From a virus: a stretch of 64,000 nucleotides of DNA. Positions 16,919 to 26,043 of the stretch are shown here, one piece after another. Where the stretch lies: the IMG/VR virus record IMGVR_UViG_3300009285_016375, positions 10,508-74,507 of that record; one strand, given 5' to 3'. The position numbers and the translations under genes are program-made. How positions within the stretch are numbered: position 1 is the stretch's first letter; each line of letters opens with the position of its first letter. The notes under the pieces were generated by a model, which did not search any database, was not told the DNA's origin, and saw only the letters and a program-made list of their open reading frames with translations.

Positions 16919-19456
16919 ATGACTGCCCGTAAGAAACCCAGTATGGACGAAACGGATTCTCCCCAGCCGCCGCCCCCGGCCGAAGAAGCGCCCCGGCCGA
17001 ACGAGTTTTACAAGCGGATCGGGATCAGCCCCGAGACCCTGCGGCCGCTGTTCGAGACCAAGACACCCTCGAAGCGGATCAAGGCGTTGCTGCATTTGAT
17101 CCGCACGCGCCTGGAGGAAACGCGGCGCCGCAACCTGGCTGATGCGGCCACCTGGACGGCGGTGGATTTGGCCGTGGACACGGCCCTGAATTCGACCACG
17201 CCCACGCTGCTGGACAAGCTGCTCAACGGGCGGCTGTGGAAGGAAAGCGAGTTGGTGGACAGCCTGAAGCAGTGGAACATCTCCGAGCAGGAAGCGTTCG
17301 ATTACGTGACGGAGGGCAACCAGACGGTGCGCGCCTTAAAGCAGCGCACGTTCTGGAAGGTGAAGCTGCCGTTGGCGGCGTCGATCCTCAAGTCGCGGGT
17401 GTCCCGCCTGTACACGGATCGCGATGTGGTGCCGTGGCTGCCGTATGAGCCGGTGGTCTCGACTGAGGCCAACCGCCTGAAATGTGAGCTGTTGACGAAT
17501 TTGGCGGAGCGGTGGGTGGAACAGTTTGCCATCAAAGAGACTTACCGGCAGGCGCAGTTGCAGGCCGGCAAGTACGCGCGGGTGCTGGCGTTTGTGCAGG
17601 AGGCGTGGCACGTGGTGACCGAATACGACGCCGCCGGCAAGCCTGTGACCCTGAAAGAAGGGCTGCGTTACAACACCCCGCCGATCTATCGGCTGGGCTG
17701 GGACCTGGCGCATCCGCTCTACACCCTGAACACGGACACCGGCTGCACCTGGGCGCTCTACTGGCGGCTGGTGCGGGCCGGGGAGGTGATCAACAACCCC
17801 GATTACTGGAACCGCGACCAGATCAGCTTCGGGTCAGCGTGGTTCGACCCGCTGATTTCCAACAACTATTTCAAAGAGATTTATCCCTGCCAAGCGACGC
17901 TGCCGTGCGACACGGACACGTGGCGGAGCTACCAGAACGACCGGGAAAAAGCGGCCCACCTGTATGACAACAACGAGCATGACGCGGCGCTGTTTCTGAC
18001 GAACAAGGTGGCCAAGTTGGTGCCGGCGCAGTGGGGCCTGGGCGATTACCGGGGCGAACTGTGGTTCCGGTTTGTGATGGCGAACGATGACACGGTGGTG
18101 TTTTCAGAACCGCTGCCGGCCTGCCCGGCGCTGTTCCTGGGCTGGGACGTGGACGAGAGCAAGACGCGCGACCCGAGCTTGGTGCTGGAAGCACTGACGC
18201 ACCAGGATTTCATCAACAACCTGGTCAGCCAGCATCGGCTGACGGTCACGCAGAACCTGATCAAGATCGTCTGGTACGACACGGCCAGCGGCGTGACCCT
18301 GGACACGCTGAAAAAAACCAAGGCGGAAAGCCACGAGTTCGCCCATATCTGCTACCTGCCCTACGACAGCCGCCGGTTTAAGGGGCAGGGGATCGACCCG
18401 ACCAAGATATTCGTGCCGCTGAATTTCGGGTATCAGGACACGACGCAGTTGATTGCCTGCCTGAACACGTATCTCAGCTTGATGGAGCGCATGACGGGGA
18501 TGAGCGCCAACGAGTTTGGGGTGAACGCGCCGCGGGTCACCACAGCTCAGGAAACGCTGCGGGTGGCGGAAAACGCCGGCTCCCGCCTGAATTACACCGG
18601 GAGCTGGGCGGATGATTTTTTGGACGCGATGAAGCGGCAGTTTCATCGGTTTGCGCTCGCGTTTAGCGACGACGAGTTCACCGCCCACGTGACCGATGCC
18701 ACCGAGGCGAGCTTGCAGACCCTGCGAGCGCTGGGGTTTGAGGTGAAAGATACCGACTCGAACCGCAAGACCGAGGTGCGGGGCAACAAGCGGTTGTTGG
18801 ACATCGACGATTTTGTGTCGAGCCGCTCGTTGCAGAACCGGATCAACAACCCGCAGGTGGCCCTGGTCATGTTCCAGGCCATTCAAGCCGTGGCCCCGTT
18901 CTTGATGGACGGGTCGGCGGGGGGCCGGCGGGAAGTGATCGGCCTGTTGAACCGGGCCGCGCAGATGGCCGGAGTGCCCCCGGACTTCAAATTCAACCTG
19001 CCCGAAAGACAGGACGAGGGGCCGCCGGCGCCGGCGGTGAAAGTGACTGAGACGGTGAAGTACGCGGACCTGCCCGAGGACGTGAAGCGGCAAGTGGAAG
19101 CGCAACTGGGTTTGCAGCCTTCCCAACTGCCCAGCCCCGAACAAATGCAGGCAGTGTTGGCGCAGCAAATGGTCCAGGCCGGGGAAGCCATCCAGCAGGG
19201 AGCGGTGCAGAAAGCGGTGCAAGAGGTGGGCCAGGGACTGGAGCCGGTGCTGGCGGCCATCCAGCAGCAACAGACGCAACTGAGCCAATTGGCCCAGGCG
19301 CTGGCGCAAAACCGGGATCAAGACGCCCAAGTGGCGGCCGGGGTGGGAGAGCTCCAGCAAGCGCTGGCGGGGCTAGCGCAGCAACACCAGCAACTGCAAG
19401 GGCTGCTGGCTGATCAGGCCAGCCAGGCGACGGGCCCGGGTGTTCCCAGCCTATGA
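16919..19456 (+). CDS. Portal protein
   Basis: 845 aa next to terL; MERMTGMS...TTAQE clip-like motif and Gln-rich coiled C-terminus typical of podovirus-type portals. Confidence 0.8.
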   Translation: MTARKKPSMDETDSPQPPPPAEEAPRPNEFYKRIGISPETLRPLFETKTPSKRIKALLHLIRTRLEETRRRNLADAATWTAVDLAVDTALNSTTPTLLDKLLNGRLWKESELVDSLKQWNISEQEAFDYVTEGNQTVRALKQRTFWKVKLPLAASILKSRVSRLYTDRDVVPWLPYEPVVSTEANRLKCELLTNLAERWVEQFAIKETYRQAQLQAGKYARVLAFVQEAWHVVTEYDAAGKPVTLKEGLRYNTPPIYRLGWDLAHPLYTLNTDTGCTWALYWRLVRAGEVINNPDYWNRDQISFGSAWFDPLISNNYFKEIYPCQATLPCDTDTWRSYQNDREKAAHLYDNNEHDAALFLTNKVAKLVPAQWGLGDYRGELWFRFVMANDDTVVFSEPLPACPALFLGWDVDESKTRDPSLVLEALTHQDFINNLVSQHRLTVTQNLIKIVWYDTASGVTLDTLKKTKAESHEFAHICYLPYDSRRFKGQGIDPTKIFVPLNFGYQDTTQLIACLNTYLSLMERMTGMSANEFGVNAPRVTTAQETLRVAENAGSRLNYTGSWADDFLDAMKRQFHRFALAFSDDEFTAHVTDATEASLQTLRALGFEVKDTDSNRKTEVRGNKRLLDIDDFVSSRSLQNRINNPQVALVMFQAIQAVAPFLMDGSAGGRREVIGLLNRAAQMAGVPPDFKFNLPERQDEGPPAPAVKVTETVKYADLPEDVKRQVEAQLGLQPSQLPSPEQMQAVLAQQMVQAGEAIQQGAVQKAVQEVGQGLEPVLAAIQQQQTQLSQLAQALAQNRDQDAQVAAGVGELQQALAGLAQQHQQLQGLLADQASQATGPGVPSL

Positions 19457-19752
19457 TTACCGCCGAGCTGGTGCCGTTGCTCGAGCCCGAGCAACAAGCG
19501 TTGCGCCAATGGTTGGCCAGCCCGCTGTGCGAGGAGTTTTTGCGCAGCGTGCAAGCCGAGATCGACGTGGAGCTGGAGCAGGCGAAAACCGCGATGCTGG
19601 AGGCCCAGGAGTTTCCCAACATGGCCGCCGAGGCAGGGCCGCATTTGGCCCGGGCCAGCGACTGGCAGAAAGTCGTGCGGATGCTGATGGTTTGCCGCCG
19701 GAGTTACGAGTTTAAGCAGGTGCATATTACACATCAACCCAATCCCGCATGA
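19453..19752 (+). CDS. Small helical protein after the portal
   Basis: ATGA-coupled on both sides; LRQWLASP motif. Confidence 0.65.
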   Translation: MITAELVPLLEPEQQALRQWLASPLCEEFLRSVQAEIDVELEQAKTAMLEAQEFPNMAAEAGPHLARASDWQKVVRMLMVCRRSYEFKQVHITHQPNPA

Positions 19753-21146
19753 GTACTGAAACTGAGGGCAACCCAGCCGAGCAGAAAGCAGGAGCGTTCG
19801 CCCGCCGTTATTTGGGCGAACAGGCCGAAGCGGTCCCAACCGAGGCCGCCGCGCCCGAGGCGGCGCCGCCCGCGGCCCCGGTTCCGGATGCTGGAGCCGG
19901 CTCGCCCTCTGATTCAGCCTCGAAGGAGGCTGCCACTGCGAGCGCCGCCCCAGAGAGTGGCGCACCGCCCCAGGGTGAGCCGAAAAAGGTGGTGACCTAC
20001 AAGGTGCCGCGCAAGCATCAGGAGGCGCCCCCCCCGGCCGCGCCCGCCGTGGCGACTTTGGATGAGGAAGCGGCCAAGCGGATCGGCCAGGAAACAGCCC
20101 GCGCCCTGGCCGAAGCGCAGGCCAAGTCCCTGGAGGTGGAATTCGAGGCGGAAGAGCGCGAGACGATCGCCCTCATTCACGTGCTGGAAGAGGAGAAGGT
20201 GTATCCCCAAGGCGCGGCCGACAAGGTGAAAAGGGTGTTGGCCGCCATTGCTGAAAAAGAGTTGGACCCGGACGGCGCGGAGGCCAGAAAGCTGTGGGAG
20301 GGGCTCGGGTTTGGTGTGACCGAACGGGACCTGGCCCGCGCGGAAGGGTTGCGCCGGGAACGGCCTTGGAAAGCGCGGCTGGCCGCGGCCGAAGAGGGGC
20401 GTGAAGCCCTGGAAAAGCAAGTGTTGTCGCTGCGGCTCGACCGTGTGGCGGAACGGGCCGGAGCGGCGGCCGCTCGCCAAGCGGCCAAAGCACTGGCGCC
20501 GGAGGCCGGCTTGGCCGACCGGAACGGCTTGGACGAAGAAAAACTGGAGGAGTTTGCCCAGAGCGGCGCCACGGGCCAAAAGATTGCCCAGGCGATAGTC
20601 AGCGCGCGGAACTGGGCCGCCGGTGCGCAAGCGACGATAGCGTTGCTGGAGCAGGAAGCCGCCTATACCGGCAAAGGGAAGACCCCGCCCAAGTGGTTGG
20701 TGGAAGAGATCAACGGCTCCGAGCTGATGCACTTCGTGGCCGAAGCCAGCGCCAAGCTGCCGGGGGTCGAAGACGGGGAAGGCCGCGCGTTCGTGGCCCC
20801 GGCTGAGTATGAGAAGCTGCCCGCCGAGGCGCGGGCAGGGCACTGGACGATCACGCTGGACAACGCCATTCCCCTGGGCTTGCAGCGCATTACCCAGGGG
20901 GCCAAACAAGCCGCGGAAAGGGTGACTCGGGAAAAGCAGACCGACCGGTCTGCTGTGGAAGCCGAGCTGAGAGCTAAACTGGCCAAGGAATGGGGAGTGG
21001 ACCCAGCCACCGGCAAGCCGGCCGGGGCGGGGACCATGCGGACGGAAAAGCCGAAAAGCCCGGCGGCCCTGGACCCAGCGGTGGCCGCGGCGGCGCCGAG
21101 TCACACGCAGGTGGCCGCGTTTGAGCGCAGGTTTTTGGGGAGGTGA
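19749..21146 (+). CDS. Capsid scaffolding protein
   Basis: Ala/Glu/Pro-rich coiled coil between portal and capsid. Confidence 0.65.
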   Translation: MSTETEGNPAEQKAGAFARRYLGEQAEAVPTEAAAPEAAPPAAPVPDAGAGSPSDSASKEAATASAAPESGAPPQGEPKKVVTYKVPRKHQEAPPPAAPAVATLDEEAAKRIGQETARALAEAQAKSLEVEFEAEERETIALIHVLEEEKVYPQGAADKVKRVLAAIAEKELDPDGAEARKLWEGLGFGVTERDLARAEGLRRERPWKARLAAAEEGREALEKQVLSLRLDRVAERAGAAAARQAAKALAPEAGLADRNGLDEEKLEEFAQSGATGQKIAQAIVSARNWAAGAQATIALLEQEAAYTGKGKTPPKWLVEEINGSELMHFVAEASAKLPGVEDGEGRAFVAPAEYEKLPAEARAGHWTITLDNAIPLGLQRITQGAKQAAERVTREKQTDRSAVEAELRAKLAKEWGVDPATGKPAGAGTMRTEKPKSPAALDPAVAAAAPSHTQVAAFERRFLGR

Positions 21147-21300
21147 GAGCCACCCCTGAGGGTGGGAGAGGGTGGGGGGTGCGCCTATCTGGGAGATAGG
21201 GACGGGGCCGCGGGTGGAGCCAGGTAACAAAACTTGAGCGGCCGCGCTCCGCAGCGGGGGCGGGCGGTGATGTTAATGCGAACAACGACATTGACATCTT

Positions 21301-23121
21301 ATGCCCACACCAACCGAAGCGCTGACGACTGAAAATTTCTTCGCGTCTTGCACCCCTGGCATTCGCACGGACTTAGACAAGTCGGGCGTGATGACCCTGA
21401 CCAACATTGAGGTGCCCACCCCGTCCGAACTGGACGGCATCTTCAGTGGGTCCAGCCAACTGGCCACGCTGAGGATTCTGGAGGACCTGTTTCTCTGGAA
21501 GCTGGAAGTGAACGCGATGGGTTACAAGAAGTATGACCTGTTCGACCTGTTCACGGACCTGGCGGTGGACGTGTCCGGCAAGCTGGGCGGGATCGAGAAA
21601 CGGGCCGGGGTGCCGGAGATTGCGCCGTTCATCTACGCCCGGCGCGAGGAGCCCATCAACAACATTTCCTGGAAGCTGGCCAGCGGCTACCGCAGCAACG
21701 CTGCCGGCGCAGTGGATGCGGCGGGCGATTACTGGACGGTCTCAGTGACCAACTCAGAAGGCATCCCGCTGGACGACGATGGCAGCGGCGGCTCCGATTG
21801 GTTCCACGAGAACGAGATTGTCTTTGCCACCACCTTGACCGAGGGCGGGACGGTGGCCCACACGCAGTGGAAGGTGAAACTGTTCGTTTCCAGCGGCGAC
21901 AAACTGGTCTTGGAACCCGCCATGCCGACGGCCGCGCCCACTACTGGCTCGTCCGCTGCGCCGGGCGGTTTGTTTGACTGGGGCGTGACCAACCCGACCC
22001 TGACGCCGCCGGTGACGGGCGATCTGGTGCGGGGCACGAACAACGTGACGCCTTGGGAAAGCTGGTGCTATCAGCCGCCGGGGTTGATTTCCAACCAGGT
22101 GGACCCGTTCTGGTTCCAGCACAGCCAGGAGAGTTACAAGGTCTCGGAATCCTACCGGAAATGGCAGGAGATGATTGCCCGGAAGAACGTGCTCTACGAC
22201 AGCTTCTACAATCTGCCGGAGGCCCAGGGGCGGCGCCAGGCGGCGGACGATTTCAAGCGGCGGGTTGCCAACCAACTGATGTTCGGCTATCCCAGCAGCA
22301 GGGAACAAACCCTGTACAGTTACCGGAACCTGCCCACGGCCACTTTCTATTATCCGGCGACCCTCAACCCCACTTCCGCGACCGACGCGTACGTGGGCAC
22401 GGCGGGCGCCACCGAAGTCGTGACCCGGAAGGCCGATGCCGTAGGATTTTATTGGCAACACAAGGCCAGGGGGAGAGTCATCGATCTCCAAGGCCGGGCC
22501 CTGAACATTCCGGCCTTGATCGACCTGCTCTATGGGCTGGTGCGGTATCGCAAGCAGATTGGGATGCCCAACGCGGACACGGTGGAGATCATGTGCACCA
22601 GCGAGTATCATCCGGCCTTCGACAAGGCCATGATGTTGCACTACAAGGACGTGTATAGCGACCAACTGCGCTTTAACGCGGACGCCAGCAAACCGCTGCT
22701 CAGCAACCTGAACCTGCGGTACGTGGAGTATCCGCTGCGCTACCCGGCCGGGGTGACGCTGCGGCTGGTGTTCCACCCGTTCTTTGATGACCTGATCTCG
22801 CGCATGAAGACCAGCGGCAACGAGAACGCCGGGCGGCAGTTGTGGATGTTGCCCTGGAAATACAACCGGATGGGCATCATCAACACGGTGCGCAAGACGC
22901 GCACGGTGGGCGACATTGAGGAACTGGCCAAGGTGAACCCGTTCTATCAGTGCCAGATTTACGGGCGGAAGACCTACATCGACCTGATGAACATGTGCTT
23001 CACGGCGCTGAGCACGGCGCCGATGGCGGGCATCATCTTCCAAGGCGTGAGTTCGGCAGTGCCGGAAGCGATCTCCAAGGGCACGGAAGATTACGTGCAG
23101 GCGTGCTCGCTGATCCCGTAA
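21301..23121 (+). CDS. Major capsid protein (large, with insertion)
   Basis: Position after scaffold, strong codon bias, DDFKRRVANQLMFG spine-helix-like segment, LVFHPFF. Confidence 0.7.
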   Translation: MPTPTEALTTENFFASCTPGIRTDLDKSGVMTLTNIEVPTPSELDGIFSGSSQLATLRILEDLFLWKLEVNAMGYKKYDLFDLFTDLAVDVSGKLGGIEKRAGVPEIAPFIYARREEPINNISWKLASGYRSNAAGAVDAAGDYWTVSVTNSEGIPLDDDGSGGSDWFHENEIVFATTLTEGGTVAHTQWKVKLFVSSGDKLVLEPAMPTAAPTTGSSAAPGGLFDWGVTNPTLTPPVTGDLVRGTNNVTPWESWCYQPPGLISNQVDPFWFQHSQESYKVSESYRKWQEMIARKNVLYDSFYNLPEAQGRRQAADDFKRRVANQLMFGYPSSREQTLYSYRNLPTATFYYPATLNPTSATDAYVGTAGATEVVTRKADAVGFYWQHKARGRVIDLQGRALNIPALIDLLYGLVRYRKQIGMPNADTVEIMCTSEYHPAFDKAMMLHYKDVYSDQLRFNADASKPLLSNLNLRYVEYPLRYPAGVTLRLVFHPFFDDLISRMKTSGNENAGRQLWMLPWKYNRMGIINTVRKTRTVGDIEELAKVNPFYQCQIYGRKTYIDLMNMCFTALSTAPMAGIIFQGVSSAVPEAISKGTEDYVQACSLIP

Positions 23122-23153
23122 GCAATAGCAGATAGCAAATCGCAAACAGAACA

Positions 23154-23927
23154 ATGGAACGAACCATGAAACAAATCTCTCTGACTCTGGCGACCCTGGC
23201 AGGGGCCTTGACTTTGGCTGGGGGCGCGGCCCGAGAAGTGAACCCGGCGGATACCTTCTCGGTGTATGGGGTGCAGCACGGGTGCGTGAAGACCAACATT
23301 TGCGTGGTGCCAGGATCGCCGATAGCCAGTGATCCATTGATCAGCACCACCACCTACAGAAAACGGGCGGGGGTGACCTATGCGGCTCTGACCTGTTACA
23401 CCAACGATGGGACCGGCGTGCTGAACCTGTACACCAGCGGGCCGCCGGCCAGCATCAGCCTGCTGAACACCAATCTGGCTGGACCGGCCAGTGTGACCAA
23501 CCTGATCTTCGGCAGTTCCAACTTCTGCGTGTCCGGGGATCAGGTGCTGATCTACGATGGATGGCTGGATACCTATCATTGGGCCGTGGCGGATGTGTGG
23601 CATACCAACGGACCTCCGGGCGGCACCAGCTACCGCTGGCTGAAGCTCAAGGCCAATACAGTGCTGACCAACGCCAGCAGCGGTTCGGGCACGATGCAAC
23701 AAGTCAAGCCTGGCCAGAACAGTGGCGCTTGGAAGCTGGGTTTGGTGGGTCAAATCCCGCTCAGCACGGCCTTGAATACTTTCGCGCCCGCCAGTGGCTA
23801 TTTGCTCAGTTCCCCGCAGCCGAACCTGCCTTTGGTCCTCTCGGTGACGACCGGGACAGCGGCCCCGCTGTATGCCGATGCGCTCTATACCAACCGCATC
23901 CGGTATGTGACGGGAGCGTACCGCTAA
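23154..23927 (+). CDS. Putative decoration protein with signal-peptide-like N-terminus
   Basis: MKQISLTLATLAGALTLAGGAA; Thr/Asn-rich beta protein. Confidence 0.55.
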   Translation: MERTMKQISLTLATLAGALTLAGGAAREVNPADTFSVYGVQHGCVKTNICVVPGSPIASDPLISTTTYRKRAGVTYAALTCYTNDGTGVLNLYTSGPPASISLLNTNLAGPASVTNLIFGSSNFCVSGDQVLIYDGWLDTYHWAVADVWHTNGPPGGTSYRWLKLKANTVLTNASSGSGTMQQVKPGQNSGAWKLGLVGQIPLSTALNTFAPASGYLLSSPQPNLPLVLSVTTGTAAPLYADALYTNRIRYVTGAYR

Positions 23928-23946
23928 CCCCAAGCACCCAGAGGCC

Positions 23947-24435
23947 ATGAGATATTTCGAGAAGCAACTGCCGAACCTGGCGTTTTACTTTGCCGATGGC
24001 AGCCCGCCTGAATACGCAGCCCGCTCGGCGGGGTCCGGGCTGATCGCCTTGGACGAAAGCCAGCAGCCGGAGAAGGTGGCGGAACTGGAGAAGCTGGCCC
24101 GACAACGGGTGGGCGGGATTGTGGCTTTGAGCGCCGAGCAGTTCGACGCCAAAAAAAAAGCCATCAGCTTGCTGACTTTGACCGCGCCCGCCACGCCGCC
24201 CAAGCTGCGCGCCGTGCGACCCGATCAGAACCCGTTTCTGGACGCGTTGGAGGGCCGTGCCCGGCCTGCGGCGGTGATGGCTACTGCAAAACCGGTTGCG
24301 GCGCGGGAAAGCCCTGCCCAGCCTGCGGCGGCACCGGCCGCGCCCGATAACCCCCAGCCCGCGCGCCAGCGCTACCAACCGCGGGCGGGAACATTGAGCA
24401 AGGAACGGGCCGAATCGCCCGCGCCGTCCCAGTAA
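23947..24435 (+). CDS. Hypothetical protein
   Basis: ORF in the structural operon. Confidence 0.6.
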   Translation: MRYFEKQLPNLAFYFADGSPPEYAARSAGSGLIALDESQQPEKVAELEKLARQRVGGIVALSAEQFDAKKKAISLLTLTAPATPPKLRAVRPDQNPFLDALEGRARPAAVMATAKPVAARESPAQPAAAPAAPDNPQPARQRYQPRAGTLSKERAESPAPSQ

Positions 24436-24441
24436 CCTCCC

Positions 24442-26043
24442 ATGACCTTTGCCGCGTTCAAGGACGCCCTGCGGGCCGACCTCTGGCCGGAAGGCGTGCC
24501 GGACGAACTGTGGTATGCTGCGGATTTGACGAGTCCCGGCCCCCTGCAGAAGCGGGTGGTGGACGGGTTGTTCGAGCTGCAACGGGTGGTCAGGCGCTTG
24601 CAGCAACACCACCGGGACATTATCCCCTTTTGCGCGACGCTCTTCGAGTGCAGCAGCGGCCTGACCGTGGCCTCAGCCCCGCGCGGCCGGATCACGCGCG
24701 TGGTGACCCTGGCAGACGACTGCTGCGAAGCCCACTACCATTACACCGACCGCTTGCCGGCGCTGCAGGAATGGTCCGGCGAGTTTGTGGAGCGCTACGC
24801 CCGGCCCAATCGCGAGGCAGATTTGCCCATCGGCGTCGCCTCGGCCAGCGCCGAGCGCGACAAAGACGCCGGGCGGGCGCGTTTCGGTTTTTTCACCCTT
24901 TACCAAGGCCGGCTGTATTTGGGGCCTTGGATTCAGAGCACCGAACGGATCGGGGTGGACTGGGAGGGGTACAAGCGGTCCTGGCTGGAGAGCGACGAGG
25001 TGGACGACGATCCCGAGCTGTTCCGGGCCGTGTGCAATTATGGGTGGTGGGAGTATCTGAAGCGCTGGCCGGAGTATGCCAACACCGACCTGCGGCAACT
25101 GGAGGCGGCTGAGGCGGCGTGGCTGGAAGCGCGGGCCAACCTGATCATCGACGAGAACTTGGAAAGCGTGCCGGACACACCCGAGATGGTGTTTCCTTCC
25201 CGGCGCCGTTTGGCCTGCACCAGTTGCACGGAGGTGTATCCGTGCGACGACCCGACGGCCGGCAGCGAGGCGAGCGACAGCAGCCAAGTGTTTGCGGTGG
25301 TCAGCGATTTTGGGACCGACCTGCCGGAAGACCCGGAGGAAGTGGCGGCTTTGGTGGCGGGCTGGAGCCCGCAGTTCATTGCCACCACTGGCGACAACAT
25401 CCAGGAGGACGCCGGGGAGGGCGATTACGTGGAGTTGGTCAAGCCGCTTTACGGGGCCTACATCACCGGCCATCTGGCCAGCACCCGTTTTTTCCCGGCG
25501 CTGGGCAATCACGATTTGAACGACGCCAGCCTGGCGGATTACCAGGCGTTTTTCACGCTGCCAGGCAACGAGCGCTATTACCAGGTGCGGCGCGGGTTTG
25601 TGGAGTTGTTCATCCTGAACAGCAACAGCAGCGAGCCGGCCGGGCGCAGCAGCACCAGTGCTCAAGCCAAATGGCTGGAAGCCATGGCGGCCCTGAGTTC
25701 GGCGCCGTGGAAGATCGCGCTCTTCCATCACCCGCCGTATAGCTCGGTGGACGGAGCGGCGGTGGCGGCCCTGCAATGGGATTTCAAGAAACTGGGCCTG
25801 GACCTGGTGCTGAGCGGGCACGCCCACGTGTATGAGCGGCTGGTGGTCAATGGGCTGACTTATCTGGTCTGCGGCTTGGGCGGGGCGGCCCTGACCAGTT
25901 TCGGCACAGTCTCGCCTTACAGCCAATACCGTTACGCCTCCGAGCACGGCGCCCTGAAGATTACGGCTTCCTGCCAGCAACTGCTGATTGAACCGACGAA
26001 CACAGACGGAAATGTCATCGAGACGGTGACGCTGACGAAATGA
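24442..26043 (+). CDS. Head-tail adaptor-like domain fused to a calcineurin-like metallophosphoesterase
   Basis: MTFAAFKDALRADL adaptor-type start; C-terminal SDFG, TGDN, GNHD, HHPPYS, SGHAHVYER motifs. Confidence 0.8.
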   Translation: MTFAAFKDALRADLWPEGVPDELWYAADLTSPGPLQKRVVDGLFELQRVVRRLQQHHRDIIPFCATLFECSSGLTVASAPRGRITRVVTLADDCCEAHYHYTDRLPALQEWSGEFVERYARPNREADLPIGVASASAERDKDAGRARFGFFTLYQGRLYLGPWIQSTERIGVDWEGYKRSWLESDEVDDDPELFRAVCNYGWWEYLKRWPEYANTDLRQLEAAEAAWLEARANLIIDENLESVPDTPEMVFPSRRRLACTSCTEVYPCDDPTAGSEASDSSQVFAVVSDFGTDLPEDPEEVAALVAGWSPQFIATTGDNIQEDAGEGDYVELVKPLYGAYITGHLASTRFFPALGNHDLNDASLADYQAFFTLPGNERYYQVRRGFVELFILNSNSSEPAGRSSTSAQAKWLEAMAALSSAPWKIALFHHPPYSSVDGAAVAALQWDFKKLGLDLVLSGHAHVYERLVVNGLTYLVCGLGGAALTSFGTVSPYSQYRYASEHGALKITASCQQLLIEPTNTDGNVIETVTLTK

